DNA of 62,876 nt, the filler included, from Sphacelaria rigidula (taxonomy: Eukaryota), in NCBI GenBank assembly GCA_964200075.2. It is 11 parts of 11 records of this genome, joined end to end, with 100 filler letters (N's around TTAATTAATTAA, not from the genome) between each part and the next. Parts side by side here need not be neighbours in the genome. Positions count along the whole stretch, not along the records: positions 57,253 to 62,876 come from CAXNAA020025766.1; 10 more parts are not named here. One strand, 5' to 3'. Both the position numbers and the translations under genes were made by a program. The notes beneath the pieces are model-generated. The model saw nothing but the letters and a program-made list of their open reading frames with translations, did not search any database and was not told the origin of the DNA. Of the stretch, positions 62,390-62,876 are shown one piece after another. Numbering within the stretch: the first letter of the stretch is position 1; the number at the start of each line of letters is the position of its first letter.

Positions 62390-62876
62390 CTGTGCCGGGA
62401 GAAAGGCAGGGGGGGGGGATGTCGGCAGGAGAGGAGGTCCAGGTTGATTCAACCGCGAAAAACATGTGTGGCTTCCGTCCCAGTGGTGGGCCAAATTAAA
62501 CTGGTACACGGAACGATATGCGTACCTCGAAACTACCGCGCCTCGGTGCTCAACGTGGCAGACATACCAAGGCAAAATTTGAGGTTGGACGCGTTATGTG
62601 GATTCGCATCCCGACAGCGCTGACAAGGGGCGTCTTTGATTCTGTTTCGTTTATTTCTGCTCCATGAGCGTGAGCAACGACATTTGGCACAAGAAAAAAA
62701 AAAGTGGGCGGGTTGTCGGCGTGCTAATAGTTATCATCTGATGTTTCACGACAAAGTGCAAGGCAGGTACCGGCGGGGGAAAGTTCAAATGGGTTGGTCA
62801 CCCAGCTTCAAGACTACGGACCCGTGCCGAGCACGAAGGGGGGAGGGGGGAGGGGGGAGGGGGGGGGGGCGTACTC

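Overview
This is eukaryotic, repeat-rich DNA and not one contiguous locus. It consists of 11 unlinked short contigs (5626, 5626, 5626, 5625 x6, 5624, 5624 bp, i.e. sorted by length), joined by artificial 100-bp N44-TTAATTAATTAA-N44 spacers. A brown alga or related flagellated stramenopile is my best guess; this is inference from intron-rich gene style, the ciliary gene CFAP58 and an ALOG-tyrosine-recombinase retroelement. Host genes seen as spliced exons: CFAP58 (3 exons, one GC donor), a UvrD/PcrA-type SF1 helicase (5 phase-consistent exons) and one LRR exon. Most of the rest is transposable elements: a degraded APE-RT LINE, a Ty1/copia, two copies of one Ty3/gypsy family, a gag-like ORF, an ALOG+tyrosine recombinase (DIRS-type) remnant, a hAT transposase remnant, tRNA-derived SINEs, and several MITE/foldback families with readable TSDs. 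The most unusual signals are: (1) a LINE family whose 3' ends terminate in poly(C) rather than poly(A) and stack head-to-tail; (2) a gypsy integrase carrying a chromodomain-like module followed by a PWWP/Tudor-like module; (3) the same in-frame TAG in the integrase of both gypsy copies; (4) an abundant GAG...CTC, 4-bp-TSD (Sola-like) MITE family. No rRNA, bona fide tRNA or CRISPR array was found. All family assignments come from motifs read by eye; no searches were run.
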